Below, piece by piece: positions 13,655 through 24,163 of a stretch of 51,082 bases of DNA. The stretch comes from a virus: positions 1 to 51,082 of the IMG/VR virus record IMGVR_UViG_3300045988_080243; one strand, given 5' to 3'. The notes under the pieces are model-generated. The model was not told where the DNA came from and did not search any database. It was given only the letters and a program-made list of their open reading frames with translations. Each line of letters begins with the position of its first letter. The first letter of the stretch is position 1. The position numbers and the translations under genes were made by a program.

Positions 13655-14351
13655 AATCTACGACCGGATTATCAAAGAACTCACCAAGCCCTCTGCAAGA
13701 GACAAGCAGCGTAAGGTAGGACCTAGTGAACTAGGAGACTTGTGTGAGCGCTGCTTGGCAGAGAAGCTACTGGGTGTCCACCAGGACGAGAATACTCATC
13801 CCTTGGCCCCAATGATCGGTACAGCTTTCCACCTGTACCTTGAGAATGTTATTGGCCTCAAGGATTACTTGAAGGAAACCAAAGTCACTGTCGGCACAAT
13901 CAAAGGGTATGGTGACATTAGTGGCACTGCTGATGGGTTTGATGCTTCGACAGGCCATGTCGTAGATTATAAGGTCCTGTCGAAGAAGAAGATCAAGGCA
14001 TTTTCGTCTGCCACGTTCTTTGACGAGGACCGTAACCCTGAGTTCTACTCGGACTCGATGACCGAAGGCCAGCTCAAAAAGTACTACTATCAAATGATGT
14101 TGTACGGTTTGGGTCTTGAAAACGCTGGCTATAAGGTGAATCACACCTCACTGGTTTTGTTCCCACGAGACTGTACTGTAGAATCTGTCATGGTTGCAAG
14201 CCATGAGCTGTGCTTTAAGTACAGCCGTGACGCAGCTCTTGCAGTCCTTGAACGTGCTAATCAAATCTTCAAGTGGGCCAACGAAAACCGGGACAACCTT
14301 GGAGAACTCGACAGCCACCCCGGATGCTACTACTGTGCTTTCAAGCGCTAA
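13647..14351 (+). CDS. PD-(D/E)XK Cas4/RecB-like exonuclease
   Basis: N-terminal CERC and C-terminal CYYC cysteines (Cas4-type 4Fe-4S pattern), with a D..DYK nuclease core (TADGFD...VVDYKV). Start is ATG 13647 or GTG 13617. Confidence 0.7.
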   Translation: MSEIYDRIIKELTKPSARDKQRKVGPSELGDLCERCLAEKLLGVHQDENTHPLAPMIGTAFHLYLENVIGLKDYLKETKVTVGTIKGYGDISGTADGFDASTGHVVDYKVLSKKKIKAFSSATFFDEDRNPEFYSDSMTEGQLKKYYYQMMLYGLGLENAGYKVNHTSLVLFPRDCTVESVMVASHELCFKYSRDAALAVLERANQIFKWANENRDNLGELDSHPGCYYCAFKR

Positions 14352-14363
14352 GAAAGGAGAAAC

Positions 14364-15134
14364 ATGGGAAAGTTTGATTCATTCCTGAAGGGAATTGATA
14401 TCGAAGTGTCTGATCCCCGAACCACCACACCTAAGCTAAAGGTCCTGCTCTACGGACCCTCTGGCACCGGCAAGACCTCGCTAGCATCCTCGGCCTCTAA
14501 GGTTGAGGAACTGGGACCAGTCCTCTATGTTGACTTGGAACGAGGAACAGCGCCCGCTGCCAAGTTCGGTGATCTGGATAACATGCTCATTGTCCAGCCT
14601 GCCACCTATAAGGAGTTCGCGGACCTCCTCGTTAAGATCAGCGACGAAAAGGATAATCCCTTCAAGACTGTCATCATCGACACGGTTGACCGCTTGCAGG
14701 AACTTATCAAGCTGCACTTCATGGCAGTCAATCCAAAGGATTCCTTCGCCATGTGGGCGGCGGCGTACGACAAGGTTCTCGACCTTGTTAATACGATTGC
14801 CTTTGACATGGGCTTGAACATCATCACGATCACGCACGAATCCCGCGAGATTGTAGAGACGGAGCGCTTGTCTCAGATTGCCCCGGATTTCGAGGGCAAG
14901 AAGAGCTTTAAGAAGCTCCCTGCAATCTTCGACCTGATCGGTCGAATGACCTGGGAGGATGTGGGAGAGGACGGGGAAGAACAGCTCATCACAGTTCTTA
15001 CCGTTAAGTCCGCTTCAAGCGTCCTAACCAAGACCAGGTTCGACAACATGCCCGCGTTGATCGGCAATCCATCGTTCGACAAGATCATGGGCTGGGTGCA
15101 TGAACACTACGACATCAAGGAGAAGGGCGAATGA
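14364..15134 (+). CDS. RecA-fold AAA ATPase (Sak4-like recombination protein)
   Basis: Walker A YGPSGTGKTS and Walker B VIIDTVD. It sits next to the nuclease and the DUF669-like gene. Confidence 0.75.
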   Translation: MGKFDSFLKGIDIEVSDPRTTTPKLKVLLYGPSGTGKTSLASSASKVEELGPVLYVDLERGTAPAAKFGDLDNMLIVQPATYKEFADLLVKISDEKDNPFKTVIIDTVDRLQELIKLHFMAVNPKDSFAMWAAAYDKVLDLVNTIAFDMGLNIITITHESREIVETERLSQIAPDFEGKKSFKKLPAIFDLIGRMTWEDVGEDGEEQLITVLTVKSASSVLTKTRFDNMPALIGNPSFDKIMGWVHEHYDIKEKGE

Positions 15135-15331
15135 TTGAGTACCTGTCGATCAAGGATGTCTCTGAGATGACCGGGGTTAATCGGACTACCATCCTGTACC
15201 GTCTCCGAGCAGACAACAAGACCTTCCCCGCGCCCGACGCGGTTATTCGACACGGGCGAATCAACACCTACGGTTGGCTGCCCAAGTCAATCGACCACTA
15301 CAACGAACTCAACAAGAAGAAGGAGAACTGA
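15131..15331 (+). CDS. Helix-turn-helix DNA-binding protein (MerR/excisionase-type)
   Basis: LSIKDVSEMTGVNRTTILYRL HTH at the N-terminus; 66 aa. Confidence 0.6.
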   Translation: MIEYLSIKDVSEMTGVNRTTILYRLRADNKTFPAPDAVIRHGRINTYGWLPKSIDHYNELNKKKEN

Positions 15332-15333
15332 TC

Positions 15334-15798
15334 ATGATTAACTTTGACGAGCTTATGACCCTTGACGTTGCGGAGTCCATGAGCTTTGACCCCCTGCCCA
15401 AGGGCCAGTACAAGGTGGCTGTCGATGCCTGTGAGCTGGGAGAGTCCAAGGCTGGCAAGCCCATGTACACCGTGGACTTTGTTGTTACCGAGGGCGACCA
15501 CGCGGCACGCCAGATTCGCTACTGGCTGGTGCTTCAGACAAAGAAGGGTCTCCACTGGGACCTGCCGAAGTTCTGCGAAGCATCCGGCAACGCCTGGCCT
15601 GAAGAGCCAACCGCTCGCACTGGTGAGTACTACTACCAGGTCGAACGAGACATCGTTGGTAAGACTGCGACGATCACTGTCGATGTCGAAGACAGCGAAT
15701 ACAATGGGCAGGTCACCAAGCGTAACAACATCAAGAAGGTTGAGTGGGACGAGGCCAAGAAGAAGTCTAAGAAGAAGGCTTCTCGGATCGAACTCTGA
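15334..15798 (+). CDS. DUF669-like protein (putative ssDNA-binding partner of the Sak4-like ATPase)
   Basis: ATG at 15334 with SD aaggag, a Lys-rich C-terminal tail, and conserved synteny with the ATPase. Confidence 0.55.
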   Translation: MINFDELMTLDVAESMSFDPLPKGQYKVAVDACELGESKAGKPMYTVDFVVTEGDHAARQIRYWLVLQTKKGLHWDLPKFCEASGNAWPEEPTARTGEYYYQVERDIVGKTATITVDVEDSEYNGQVTKRNNIKKVEWDEAKKKSKKKASRIEL

Positions 15799-15806
15799 TC
15801 CCTTCG

Positions 15807-15849
15807 GGCGGGCCGTATCTTGACAATGAGGTACGGCCCGCCGTACTAT
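15807..15849 (+). promoter_or_regulatory. 11-bp hairpin (GGCGGGCCGTA/TACGGCCCGCC) interlocked with promoter TTGACA-N18-TACTAT
   Basis: -35 at 15820-15825 lies in the hairpin loop, the right arm lies in the spacer, and the -10 is at 15844-15849. Confidence 0.5.
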
Positions 15850-15870
15850 ATACAAGCAGAAAGGAGAGCG

Positions 15871-18186
15871 ATGGACCTCACACAGTTCTTTCAGGCAGTC
15901 CTCCCAACAGGCGAAGGCTGGACGCCTATCATTTTGAAGGGGCCTATGGGCGGCCTCACTAACTTCCGCTGGTTCGAATTGCCCGCACAGCTTGACAAGA
16001 TGGTGGCGTACGCGCAGTCCCACGCGGACTTGGATGTCTACTACAGCCCCTTTCTGTACACCAAGCCCCCGGCCCTGTCGAACACCAGGCACGCGGCCAA
16101 GGATAACGTCATCCATGCCTCGTGCGTGTGGGCAGACGGCGACGACTGCCCCATCGACAAGCTGAAGATTCAACCATCTATCACTGTCCAGACCAGCGAA
16201 AAGCACTGGCAGGGATACTGGCTATTGACCGACGCAGACGACCTGTCGAATGACATGCTTGAAGCCCTCTCGCGGGGACTCTACGAGGTACACGCCAACG
16301 ACGGCATGGACCGGGGCTGGCCCCTGTCCAAGAAGCTCCGTGTCCCGTTCACCCATAACCTTAAGAAGGCGAAGCCTTGGGAGATCACGCTCACCGCCAA
16401 CGACGAGGCTATCACCGCCGCTGAGTTCGCCGCCGAATACCCTCCAATCGAGCGTATGGGCATTGAGGAAGAAGACTTCCCGACTGACATCCCGTCGATG
16501 TTTGAAGTTCTTGGCATGGTGAACCGTAGCTACATTACCGATCTGGCTACGGATGATTCTTTTGCCACAGAGGAAGACCGCAGCGCGAGGATGTACCATC
16601 TTCAGTGCGCGCTGTGGGAAGAAGGCTGCTCCATTGTCGAAGCCTTTGCCGTCGTGCGCGGAACTGAGTTCAACAAGTTCGAACAGGATGGTCGAGGCGA
16701 TGGTTACTTGTGGAAGCAGGTCAACCGTGACTATGCACGCTGGAAGGCCGAACACACCGGACCAACCGAGAATGATCTCGAAGCATCGACTCGTATCGGG
16801 TCCTCGTATCTTCTGAGCGAAGCGCGCGAACTCGTGCTCCAGGATGTGAGCTTCCTGCATGAGGGCGAAAAAGAACCTATGGGCCTCTTTGTCGATCAGT
16901 TCGCAGCATGGGCATCGACTAAATCGGCAATGGCACCTAAGCAGTTCCACTACGCTGGCGCTCTTGCCATTCTTTCTTCGATGTTTGCGAAGTACGGCTT
17001 CCTGCCCATCAATGTCCAAAAAATGCCACTCAACCTGTACTTCCTTGTGCTGGGACGTACGACCCAATCCCGTAAGTCAACGTCATTGCGCCTCGCAGAG
17101 GGTATGATGCGTGACGTGGCTATAGGCATTGGCAAGGGGCCTGACGCTTTCATTGCCCCTGAAGATTCGACAGGTGAGGCTCTGTCCGCGTATCTGCGAA
17201 CCAAGCCAAAAGAGTCTGGCCTCTTCGCTATTGACGAGGTGCAGGACTTCTTCGCACACGCAGCCCAGAAGGGCAGCTACATGGCATCAATGATGCCATT
17301 CCTTACTAAGAGCTATGACGGGTATATCCCCGCTGTCGCACGTAAGGACAAGGGTGGCAAGGTTGCCTACCAGACAGCGACACCGTACTATATGACCTTC
17401 TATGGGACAGGAATCTTGGACCAGGCCGCGAAGCACCTAACGACCGAGAAGGTGGAGTCCGGCTTCACACCCCGCTGCCTTGTTGTTATTGACGACCGGG
17501 ACAAGTACATCACGTCCTCTCAGGATGTGAAGCTGGTGCCAGTCAGTGCATCGACAGGCAGGATCGAAGACAGGCAGCGTGACTTCATGCTGTCGAACCT
17601 TATCAAGTCGGTTGCCAAGTTCGATGCGCAGTTCAGTGCGCGTCAAGCGTCGCGCCTTCCTAACGAGGAAGTCCGTATCCCTATTGAGTTTGAGCCGGGT
17701 GTGTTCGAGCGCTGGATTGGCTTCTCTGAGGAAGCCAAGGCCATGGCTGAGCGACACATGCTGAATAGCCGTGAGCTGTTCCCTGGCACCGAGCGTATGA
17801 CGTTCTCGGTGTTGCGTATCGCTGCTCTGCTTGCCATGTACAACGGGCCGACGACAAAGGGCACTGTCGTTGTCACAATGCGGGAAATGCTGAAGGCTAT
17901 CTCCCTCGCGTCCATCTGGCTGTCGAGCAACGAGGTGTTCATTCACCATGTGAAAAACAGCAACTTTAGCAACAAGGTTGATAAGCTCATCAATTTTGTT
18001 GCACGCACCGACAACGGCCTTGTTCCGATTCCTAAGCTCATGCTGAAGTTCCAGAGTGATATCAGTGGTATGCGTGAACTGAAGGAAATCATCACATATG
18101 CCCAGGCGCGTGGAACAATCCGTGAAGTCATCAAAGGCAAGACAAACAACGAACGATTCATTGAATACGTAGGAGGGCAGGTATGA
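15871..18186 (+). CDS. Primase-polymerase / P-loop helicase fusion (replicative primase-helicase)
   Basis: ATG at 15871 with SD gaaaggagag. The N-terminal region has acidic motifs (VWADGDD) and the centre has the P-loop VLGRTTQSRKST. Product is 771 aa, directly upstream of the DNA polymerase. Confidence 0.65.
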   Translation: MDLTQFFQAVLPTGEGWTPIILKGPMGGLTNFRWFELPAQLDKMVAYAQSHADLDVYYSPFLYTKPPALSNTRHAAKDNVIHASCVWADGDDCPIDKLKIQPSITVQTSEKHWQGYWLLTDADDLSNDMLEALSRGLYEVHANDGMDRGWPLSKKLRVPFTHNLKKAKPWEITLTANDEAITAAEFAAEYPPIERMGIEEEDFPTDIPSMFEVLGMVNRSYITDLATDDSFATEEDRSARMYHLQCALWEEGCSIVEAFAVVRGTEFNKFEQDGRGDGYLWKQVNRDYARWKAEHTGPTENDLEASTRIGSSYLLSEARELVLQDVSFLHEGEKEPMGLFVDQFAAWASTKSAMAPKQFHYAGALAILSSMFAKYGFLPINVQKMPLNLYFLVLGRTTQSRKSTSLRLAEGMMRDVAIGIGKGPDAFIAPEDSTGEALSAYLRTKPKESGLFAIDEVQDFFAHAAQKGSYMASMMPFLTKSYDGYIPAVARKDKGGKVAYQTATPYYMTFYGTGILDQAAKHLTTEKVESGFTPRCLVVIDDRDKYITSSQDVKLVPVSASTGRIEDRQRDFMLSNLIKSVAKFDAQFSARQASRLPNEEVRIPIEFEPGVFERWIGFSEEAKAMAERHMLNSRELFPGTERMTFSVLRIAALLAMYNGPTTKGTVVVTMREMLKAISLASIWLSSNEVFIHHVKNSNFSNKVDKLINFVARTDNGLVPIPKLMLKFQSDISGMRELKEIITYAQARGTIREVIKGKTNNERFIEYVGGQV

Positions 18187-20243
18187 AGATTCTAACTACT
18201 GACTGCGACAAGTTGCCTATTCTTGCTCAAGTCCTACTGAAGCGCGCTCGCGTGGTGTCTGGCCTCCCAGAAGACGCTCACGTCGAAATCACCGACGACG
18301 TGAACGACGAGGACATTAAGATCACTCTCGGTACTGTGAAAGGTTACAAGGGTGATGCGTACAAGACGCTATCACCTAAGCAGATTGTCAGTAACCCACA
18401 GTCTGTTCTGTTCCTCGCTCAGGCGTTGCAGTACGGCTACCTCGGTCCTGTTGATCCTAACTTGGAACTCGGCAAGGACTGGGTTATCTGGCAGGGCGAG
18501 GACATCACGTTCAAGGCGGGCACACTGATTGCACTCGACATCGAGTCCGCTGGTGACATCGACAACGACACGTTCGCGGCTGGCCGCATCCTGTCGATTG
18601 CCTTGTGGAACGGGAAGTTCGGTGTAGTCATCCCTGAAGAACTTGCTGAGACCCCCGAGTCTGCTGAGCTGATTGAGCGGCTGTGCGACACCTGCACTGT
18701 CATCTGTCACAACGGTACGTTCGACATGCCTTACCTGTCGAAGCGCCTCGGTATCCGCGTGTACCATCACGAGGATACGCTGCTCATGCACTTTGTGCTC
18801 GACAACCTTGCGGGCGAGCATGGCTTGAAGCCTCTCGCTCGTCGCTGGTTGCGCGCCGCTGACTGGGACTCTGAAGCAAAGAAGTACTTGAAGCACAATG
18901 TACACTTCGAGAACATTCCACGAGAAAAGCTGTATAAGTACAACATTTACGATTCATACTGGACCCATAGACTATATGAGTACTTCAAGCCAATGGTGGA
19001 AAAGGCGCAACAAGTCCTTAACTTCTACAAACACCGTATGCGTGTGACTCGTGTGCTTCATGACGTTCAGATGAATGGTGTTGAAGTATCACTCGATGCT
19101 CTCGATGAGCTAGAAGAGAAGTACAAGCAGCAGTGCGACGAGTACCTGGCAGTGTTGCGCAGTATTGCAGGTGAAGACTTCAATCCTCAATCTCCTAAGC
19201 AGATTGAAGCGTTCTTTAAGTCGAGGGGCGTGTCGTCCCCTTCGTATGATGCGAAGCATCTGAAGAAGCTGAAGCGCGAAGGCAAGGAACCAGAGTTCAT
19301 CGACGCCCTCCTCGCTTATCGTTATGCAGCTAAGGTGCTTGGCTCGTACATCGTGAAAGTGCGTCAAAAGCGTGGTGAAGACAGGCGTGTCCACCCACAC
19401 TACCTTCCCCACGGGGCAAAGACGGGCCGCTTGTCGGCTAAGGGTCCAGCAATTCAGACGATGGGTCGCGACAGTGGTATCAAGCGTGCACTTGTCGCTG
19501 CGCCGGGTTGCAAGATTATCTCGTGTGACTACTCCCAGGCAGAGCTGCGTACTGTCGCTGAGCTTGCGGACGACGAGGCTATGATTGCTGCCTTCCAGCC
19601 GGGTGCGCCGGACTTTTTTGACGATCTGATGACAAAGATCTGGCCAGAAGAGTTCCCGACAATCGAAGCGTACGAGGCTTTTAAGCACGAACAGCCAAAG
19701 ACCGCGAAGAACCGACGCGCACTGGTAAAGAGTGTAGTGTACGGTTTGAACTATGGACGAGGAACCAGAGCAATTGCGACAGAACTTGAGAAGCCATACG
19801 AAGAGGCCGAGTATGTTGTGAACCAGTACCTTGGTGCTTACTCGGGGCTTAGAGACTGGCAGCAGAAAGTTCGACACAGCGTGGGCAGGAAACAAGAGGA
19901 TCACATGCGACAAACCAAGTTTGGCATGAGATACAACCCTCTCTTCATTTCCGACGCCGACTACACTTCGACACAGAACGAAGCACTCGCTTTTGTTCCA
20001 CAATCGACAGCCAATGACATCTGCCTCAACGCTGCAATCAAGATCAATGAACAAGTAGGGCAGTACGGAGCTAAGCTGATTGGACTTGTCCATGATGCTA
20101 CCTATGTCGAGTGTCCAGAAGAAACCATCGAAGAGTGCTCCAAGATGATGGAATACGAAATGGCTAAGGCGGCGACACTGGTCTTTGATCGTGTGCCGTT
20201 TGCTGCTGAAGCAGAGGTCGGTAACAACTGGGAAGAGGTGTGA
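18183..20243 (+). CDS. Family A DNA polymerase (Pol I-like) with a 3'-5' exonuclease domain
   Basis: Exo motif ALDIES, motif A DYSQAELR, motif B RRALVKSVVYGLNYG, motif C LVHDA. Confidence 0.95.
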   Translation: MKILTTDCDKLPILAQVLLKRARVVSGLPEDAHVEITDDVNDEDIKITLGTVKGYKGDAYKTLSPKQIVSNPQSVLFLAQALQYGYLGPVDPNLELGKDWVIWQGEDITFKAGTLIALDIESAGDIDNDTFAAGRILSIALWNGKFGVVIPEELAETPESAELIERLCDTCTVICHNGTFDMPYLSKRLGIRVYHHEDTLLMHFVLDNLAGEHGLKPLARRWLRAADWDSEAKKYLKHNVHFENIPREKLYKYNIYDSYWTHRLYEYFKPMVEKAQQVLNFYKHRMRVTRVLHDVQMNGVEVSLDALDELEEKYKQQCDEYLAVLRSIAGEDFNPQSPKQIEAFFKSRGVSSPSYDAKHLKKLKREGKEPEFIDALLAYRYAAKVLGSYIVKVRQKRGEDRRVHPHYLPHGAKTGRLSAKGPAIQTMGRDSGIKRALVAAPGCKIISCDYSQAELRTVAELADDEAMIAAFQPGAPDFFDDLMTKIWPEEFPTIEAYEAFKHEQPKTAKNRRALVKSVVYGLNYGRGTRAIATELEKPYEEAEYVVNQYLGAYSGLRDWQQKVRHSVGRKQEDHMRQTKFGMRYNPLFISDADYTSTQNEALAFVPQSTANDICLNAAIKINEQVGQYGAKLIGLVHDATYVECPEETIEECSKMMEYEMAKAATLVFDRVPFAAEAEVGNNWEEV

Positions 20244-20536
20244 TGAACGCATCCAATTATGAAGAAGCAGCTTGCCTTAACGCTCCTGTCGAGCTGTTCT
20301 ACGATGTGAAGCTCTACGCAGATGTTGCAAGAGTGTTCTGCGAGAACTGCCCTATCAAAGAACAATGCCTTCAAGACTGCCTAGAAGCCGAACAGTATCC
20401 GGTGGATGGTAAAAAGTTCCGTTCCGGTGTCTTCGGTGGACTTTCACCTAGCGCCAGGAACGTTTATGCTGGCACAGCATATGATGTACTAAGTGATGAT
20501 TGGGAGGAAAAATATGCAGATAGTGATAGCAATTGA
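20243..20536 (+). CDS. whiB: WhiB-family Fe-S transcription factor
   Basis: Cys pattern C-x24-C-x2-C-x5-C (ACLN...FCENCPIKEQC). A GTG at 20240 is also possible. Confidence 0.8.
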   Translation: MNASNYEEAACLNAPVELFYDVKLYADVARVFCENCPIKEQCLQDCLEAEQYPVDGKKFRSGVFGGLSPSARNVYAGTAYDVLSDDWEEKYADSDSN

Positions 20537-20975
20537 TCCCGGTGTTAACACAGGACTTGTTGTTGCCCGTGTCGAAGAAGAGGTGGAGATTCTTCACTTC
20601 GATCAGTTCATCTGCTCGACACACACCGAGACGGTATCACTCATCAAGCGATACCTTGACCGATATCCTGGTGCCACTGTCGTTGCCGAGCAGTTCGACT
20701 TACGCCCTAGTAACAAGTTCACAGCAGACATCACACCTGTGAAGGTCAACGCTGTGCTTGACTGGCTTGTCGATGACATCCACTACCAGACCCCAGCGCA
20801 AGCCAAGGGCCTGGTCAAGGATGCAACACTGAAGAACCTCGGCTGGTGGCTCACCGGCAAGGACGTGAACTACAAGGACGCCAACGACGTGAGAGATGCG
20901 TTCCGGCACTTGGTGTACTACCTCGTACACGAGCTACACCACAAATGGACACTCGACAACGGGTGGCCAAGGTAA
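20514..20975 (+). CDS. RuvC-like Holliday junction resolvase
   Basis: N-terminal IAIDPGVNTG catalytic Asp motif, SD gggagg, about 153 aa. Confidence 0.75.
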   Translation: MQIVIAIDPGVNTGLVVARVEEEVEILHFDQFICSTHTETVSLIKRYLDRYPGATVVAEQFDLRPSNKFTADITPVKVNAVLDWLVDDIHYQTPAQAKGLVKDATLKNLGWWLTGKDVNYKDANDVRDAFRHLVYYLVHELHHKWTLDNGWPR

Positions 20976-20977
20976 TA

Positions 20978-21022
20978 GAAAACCCCCCTGGCTAGTTCTC
21001 TTTTCCTAGCCAGGGGGTTTTC
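20978..21022. terminator. Bidirectional intrinsic terminator at the convergence of the two arms
   Basis: GAAAACCCCCCTGGCTAG / CTAGCCAGGGGGTTTTC stem with one bulge, flanked by an A-run and a T-run. Confidence 0.85.
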
Positions 21023-21088
21023 TCACCCAATCGCCCACAGCAACCACACAGAATGTGTTGATAACTGTCGCTACTTAGTATAGCACAC

Positions 21089-21760
21089 TCAGCCGATCTT
21101 CGAGGCCCCAATGCAGAGGCCACCCCAGCCGATATTATTGGCTGGGCTACATTGAATTTTGATAGCAACGTTAACCTTACCAGGGCTAGAGGCGTAGTAA
21201 GGCATCGTCGCCAACCGGAATGACGTGACACCCTCAGCATGATTGTACGTGTTGGTAGTGCCAACATTGCTGTACGAACTACCAGCAATCGACTGGAACA
21301 CGTCGATGTTTGTGTCCTTGGAAGAGTCATTATTATCCAACGTAATGCAGTTGGAGAACAACCACAGCCCCTTCGAAGGCAAATCAATCATCTGGCTAAT
21401 CACAGCGTTCGCGCCGTGCTGAGTATAGCGACGCCACTGAGAGAACGATTCATTGTTGTTCACATAACGAACCTCTGGTGCGCCGCCCCAGACCTTCGCA
21501 GATCGGTTGTCGGTGTACAGGTACATCTCATTCGTATCTGCACGATAGATCAAGATGTCTACATTACTTACAGCAGCGTTCTTAATAGCCGACAGCTTGG
21601 CCGTCTCATCAGCAGCGTTCTTAGCAATAAGAACGCGATTCTGCTGAAGCTGCTTGATGACTTCAGATACAGAGTTAAAGCCCAAGTTCATAAACGCGGG
21701 CCAACTTTGAATAACGTCATTCGGACTGTAAACCCAGATCCCTTGTGGATTGGTAGCCAT
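21089..21760 (-). CDS. Minor tail protein or receptor-binding candidate (223 aa)
   Basis: Last gene of the tail module. Call is by position only. Confidence 0.5.
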   Translation of the reverse strand: MATNPQGIWVYSPNDVIQSWPAFMNLGFNSVSEVIKQLQQNRVLIAKNAADETAKLSAIKNAAVSNVDILIYRADTNEMYLYTDNRSAKVWGGAPEVRYVNNNESFSQWRRYTQHGANAVISQMIDLPSKGLWLFSNCITLDNNDSSKDTNIDVFQSIAGSSYSNVGTTNTYNHAEGVTSFRLATMPYYASSPGKVNVAIKIQCSPANNIGWGGLCIGASKIG

Positions 21761-21762
21761 GG

Positions 21763-22371
21763 TCAGTACCTCACTCCTGTAATCTCCATGCGCAGATAGG
21801 AATAGTCATCCCAATTGTAAATCAACTGCGGTTTAGAAGCCGAGCCTTCCATACCTAGATACATATAACCATTGTAGTATTTGTCGAATGGGATGACAGT
21901 GGTGTAGTTAATAATAGCGTCAAGAATAAACTTTCCTTCTTGACCAAACGGCCTATACGAAGTATAGCAATGGTTGCGCATGGTGTGGCCCATAGACCCA
22001 TCCATTACACCGACATAGACGGCTGGACCACGGCTGTTGTCTCGGAAGAGTTCAGCGCCAACAACTAGTTCAAGCGTCCCAGTCAAGGTAAGTTGCATGA
22101 ACGAACCGGAATCGCCCCAAGGTAGAGACTGGTACCACAGGTCTTCATACGTGCCGACACCACGGCTACGGCCCGGATGGAGAATAACCATCGAGTCATT
22201 AAAGGGAACCGCCACACCAGAGGTTGAGCGGTTATTGGTGAGAGCGTTAATGCTATCAACTGAGTTGCTGAAGTTGCTCTTTAGCAGCCTGAGTTCAGCT
22301 TCCAGTGAGGCGATTCGACGATCAACATCAGTGCCCCAAGCCTGAGAAGGCTGTGGAAGATTATGCTTCAT
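21763..22371 (-). CDS. Minor tail protein with an N-terminal coiled coil (202 aa)
   Basis: Position in the tail module; IASLEAELRLLKSN coil. Confidence 0.5.
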   Translation of the reverse strand: MKHNLPQPSQAWGTDVDRRIASLEAELRLLKSNFSNSVDSINALTNNRSTSGVAVPFNDSMVILHPGRSRGVGTYEDLWYQSLPWGDSGSFMQLTLTGTLELVVGAELFRDNSRGPAVYVGVMDGSMGHTMRNHCYTSYRPFGQEGKFILDAIINYTTVIPFDKYYNGYMYLGMEGSASKPQLIYNWDDYSYLRMEITGVRY

Positions 22372-24163
22372 TATGCTTAAACCCCCTAAGCGTTAGTTCC
22401 TCTAGTGTAAGGCCCGTCGGGTCTTCCAGTTGTTCGACACGGGGCGTATCAAAGATGTTCATCACGTCCCACAGGGTTGTCCAACCTTCACAGGTTAGAT
22501 CGACACCTGTCTCGCTATAGTTCGCGGATGTGATCTGCCAGCTATACCTGTCGAAAACAGCAGTGGTCCCAGCCAAACGACCGAAGACCTGCACCCTGTC
22601 GGCTAGCTTACGATTGGACGTGAACGACACCAAGTCGTTATAAATCTTGTCCATCGTCGTGTTCTTAGGCCAACGCTCTTCTGCCTTAGCTGGCAGCGGT
22701 CGCCCAGTGAAGTCATCAGCATCTGACACCACGACAGGAGGGCGCTCGAAGTCGTAGACAACAGACGTGTACGAATCATTCACAGGTGGCATACCAGACC
22801 ATTCAAGCGTAGTCTTCGTGCCCAGAGCGTCTTGGGCAGTATACATGCACGCGGCATATGCCTTATCCAGGCTGTTGATGAATCGAGAGCCAATCTTCAA
22901 TGGCTCAGTCTTGTAAGGATAGCCAGTGTAGAAAGTCAAAACCTTTTCTTCACAAGGCATTGCCTGGCCGTAGATGCGCAGTGTCGAATAGTCGTTCTGC
23001 CCATCCGATTCAGCAATACGGTATGGTCCAAGACGCTTGTTCAGCATCCCGGTAACTGTAACCTTAAGCTGGTTTGGCTCATCACCACGTTCAACAGTAA
23101 GACGACCACCCTCTGCCACCCACTGAGCGGGTGTAATTGGCTTATTATCTTTGCCAACAACAGAGTATACACTATAAGGCGGTGTGTATTTAGTGGCACC
23201 TGGACCCCTAGGAGCCTGGATAATCTGCTGATGGAACTGTGGAATATATGTGGGATCAATACAGGTAGGCTGCCTCATGACGCTTTTAATCAAGTTAGGT
23301 GTTTCGAGAATGAACTCCTTAATCTCTCCCGCCTCGACAGATAGCACCTCGCTCTTCTTATCGGCATCGAGCAGAGTTTCACTAGACATGACTGGTGGCC
23401 AAATGAGCATGGTCGGACACTCAGCCTTATGCATGTCAGCACTGTAAGAAATAGCCCCGTTACTCTCGATGAACCCTGCTTTGTACGTCGCCAGGCAATT
23501 ATACGTCCGATCTTCATAATAAGTACACTCGATAGAGGATGCAGGCTCAGACTGAGCGTAATTCACCTTGTAGTCTGCTGTGTAACCTTGAAGCCGCGTG
23601 AGAACGGAATGGTTCTTAAACACCACAATAGTGTCATAAACCCAAGTAACCTGAAATCCGACACTCGCCAGCCAGTTCTTCAGAACAGACCACAGATTGC
23701 CCTTGCCGCCAGGGAAGGAAAGCCAGTCTGGCTCCCAAGCAACAGACGTGTCCAAAAAGGGATTAAGGTCATTCATGACGAACGGCTGCACCCACATCTT
23801 CGGCGGCTCATTTACACCTGCCACCTTAAAGAACTCTTGAATAACCTTAGAAACCGTAATATAGTACTTAGGTTCAACGTAACCCTCAACATCAAGAAGG
23901 TAGAAAGGATCATTAAGCGTTGCAGACCAGGACCAAGGCCCTGTCGTCAACGCACGCGCGACAGCATGGGTGCGACCAAAGCGAACATCATCAAGAATGA
24001 CCTTCTTGTTGATTACGAGAGCTGGCTCAATGCCACCAGCGCCTTCAAGATGGTACTCAGAAAAACCACCTGTCGTCATGTCCATGTCCATGGACACAGA
24101 ATCTTCAGCAACAGACCAAGAAGTAAGTTTTTCAGCCGGAATGCCCAGCGCCCGCATTACCAC
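22361..24163 (-). CDS. Minor tail protein (tail-tip / Tal-like, 600 aa)
   Basis: Large ORF following the Dit-like gene downstream of the tape measure. GTG at 24163 lies 7 nt after GAGGAGG. Confidence 0.6.
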   Translation of the reverse strand: MVMRALGIPAEKLTSWSVAEDSVSMDMDMTTGGFSEYHLEGAGGIEPALVINKKVILDDVRFGRTHAVARALTTGPWSWSATLNDPFYLLDVEGYVEPKYYITVSKVIQEFFKVAGVNEPPKMWVQPFVMNDLNPFLDTSVAWEPDWLSFPGGKGNLWSVLKNWLASVGFQVTWVYDTIVVFKNHSVLTRLQGYTADYKVNYAQSEPASSIECTYYEDRTYNCLATYKAGFIESNGAISYSADMHKAECPTMLIWPPVMSSETLLDADKKSEVLSVEAGEIKEFILETPNLIKSVMRQPTCIDPTYIPQFHQQIIQAPRGPGATKYTPPYSVYSVVGKDNKPITPAQWVAEGGRLTVERGDEPNQLKVTVTGMLNKRLGPYRIAESDGQNDYSTLRIYGQAMPCEEKVLTFYTGYPYKTEPLKIGSRFINSLDKAYAACMYTAQDALGTKTTLEWSGMPPVNDSYTSVVYDFERPPVVVSDADDFTGRPLPAKAEERWPKNTTMDKIYNDLVSFTSNRKLADRVQVFGRLAGTTAVFDRYSWQITSANYSETGVDLTCEGWTTLWDVMNIFDTPRVEQLEDPTGLTLEELTLRGFKHNEA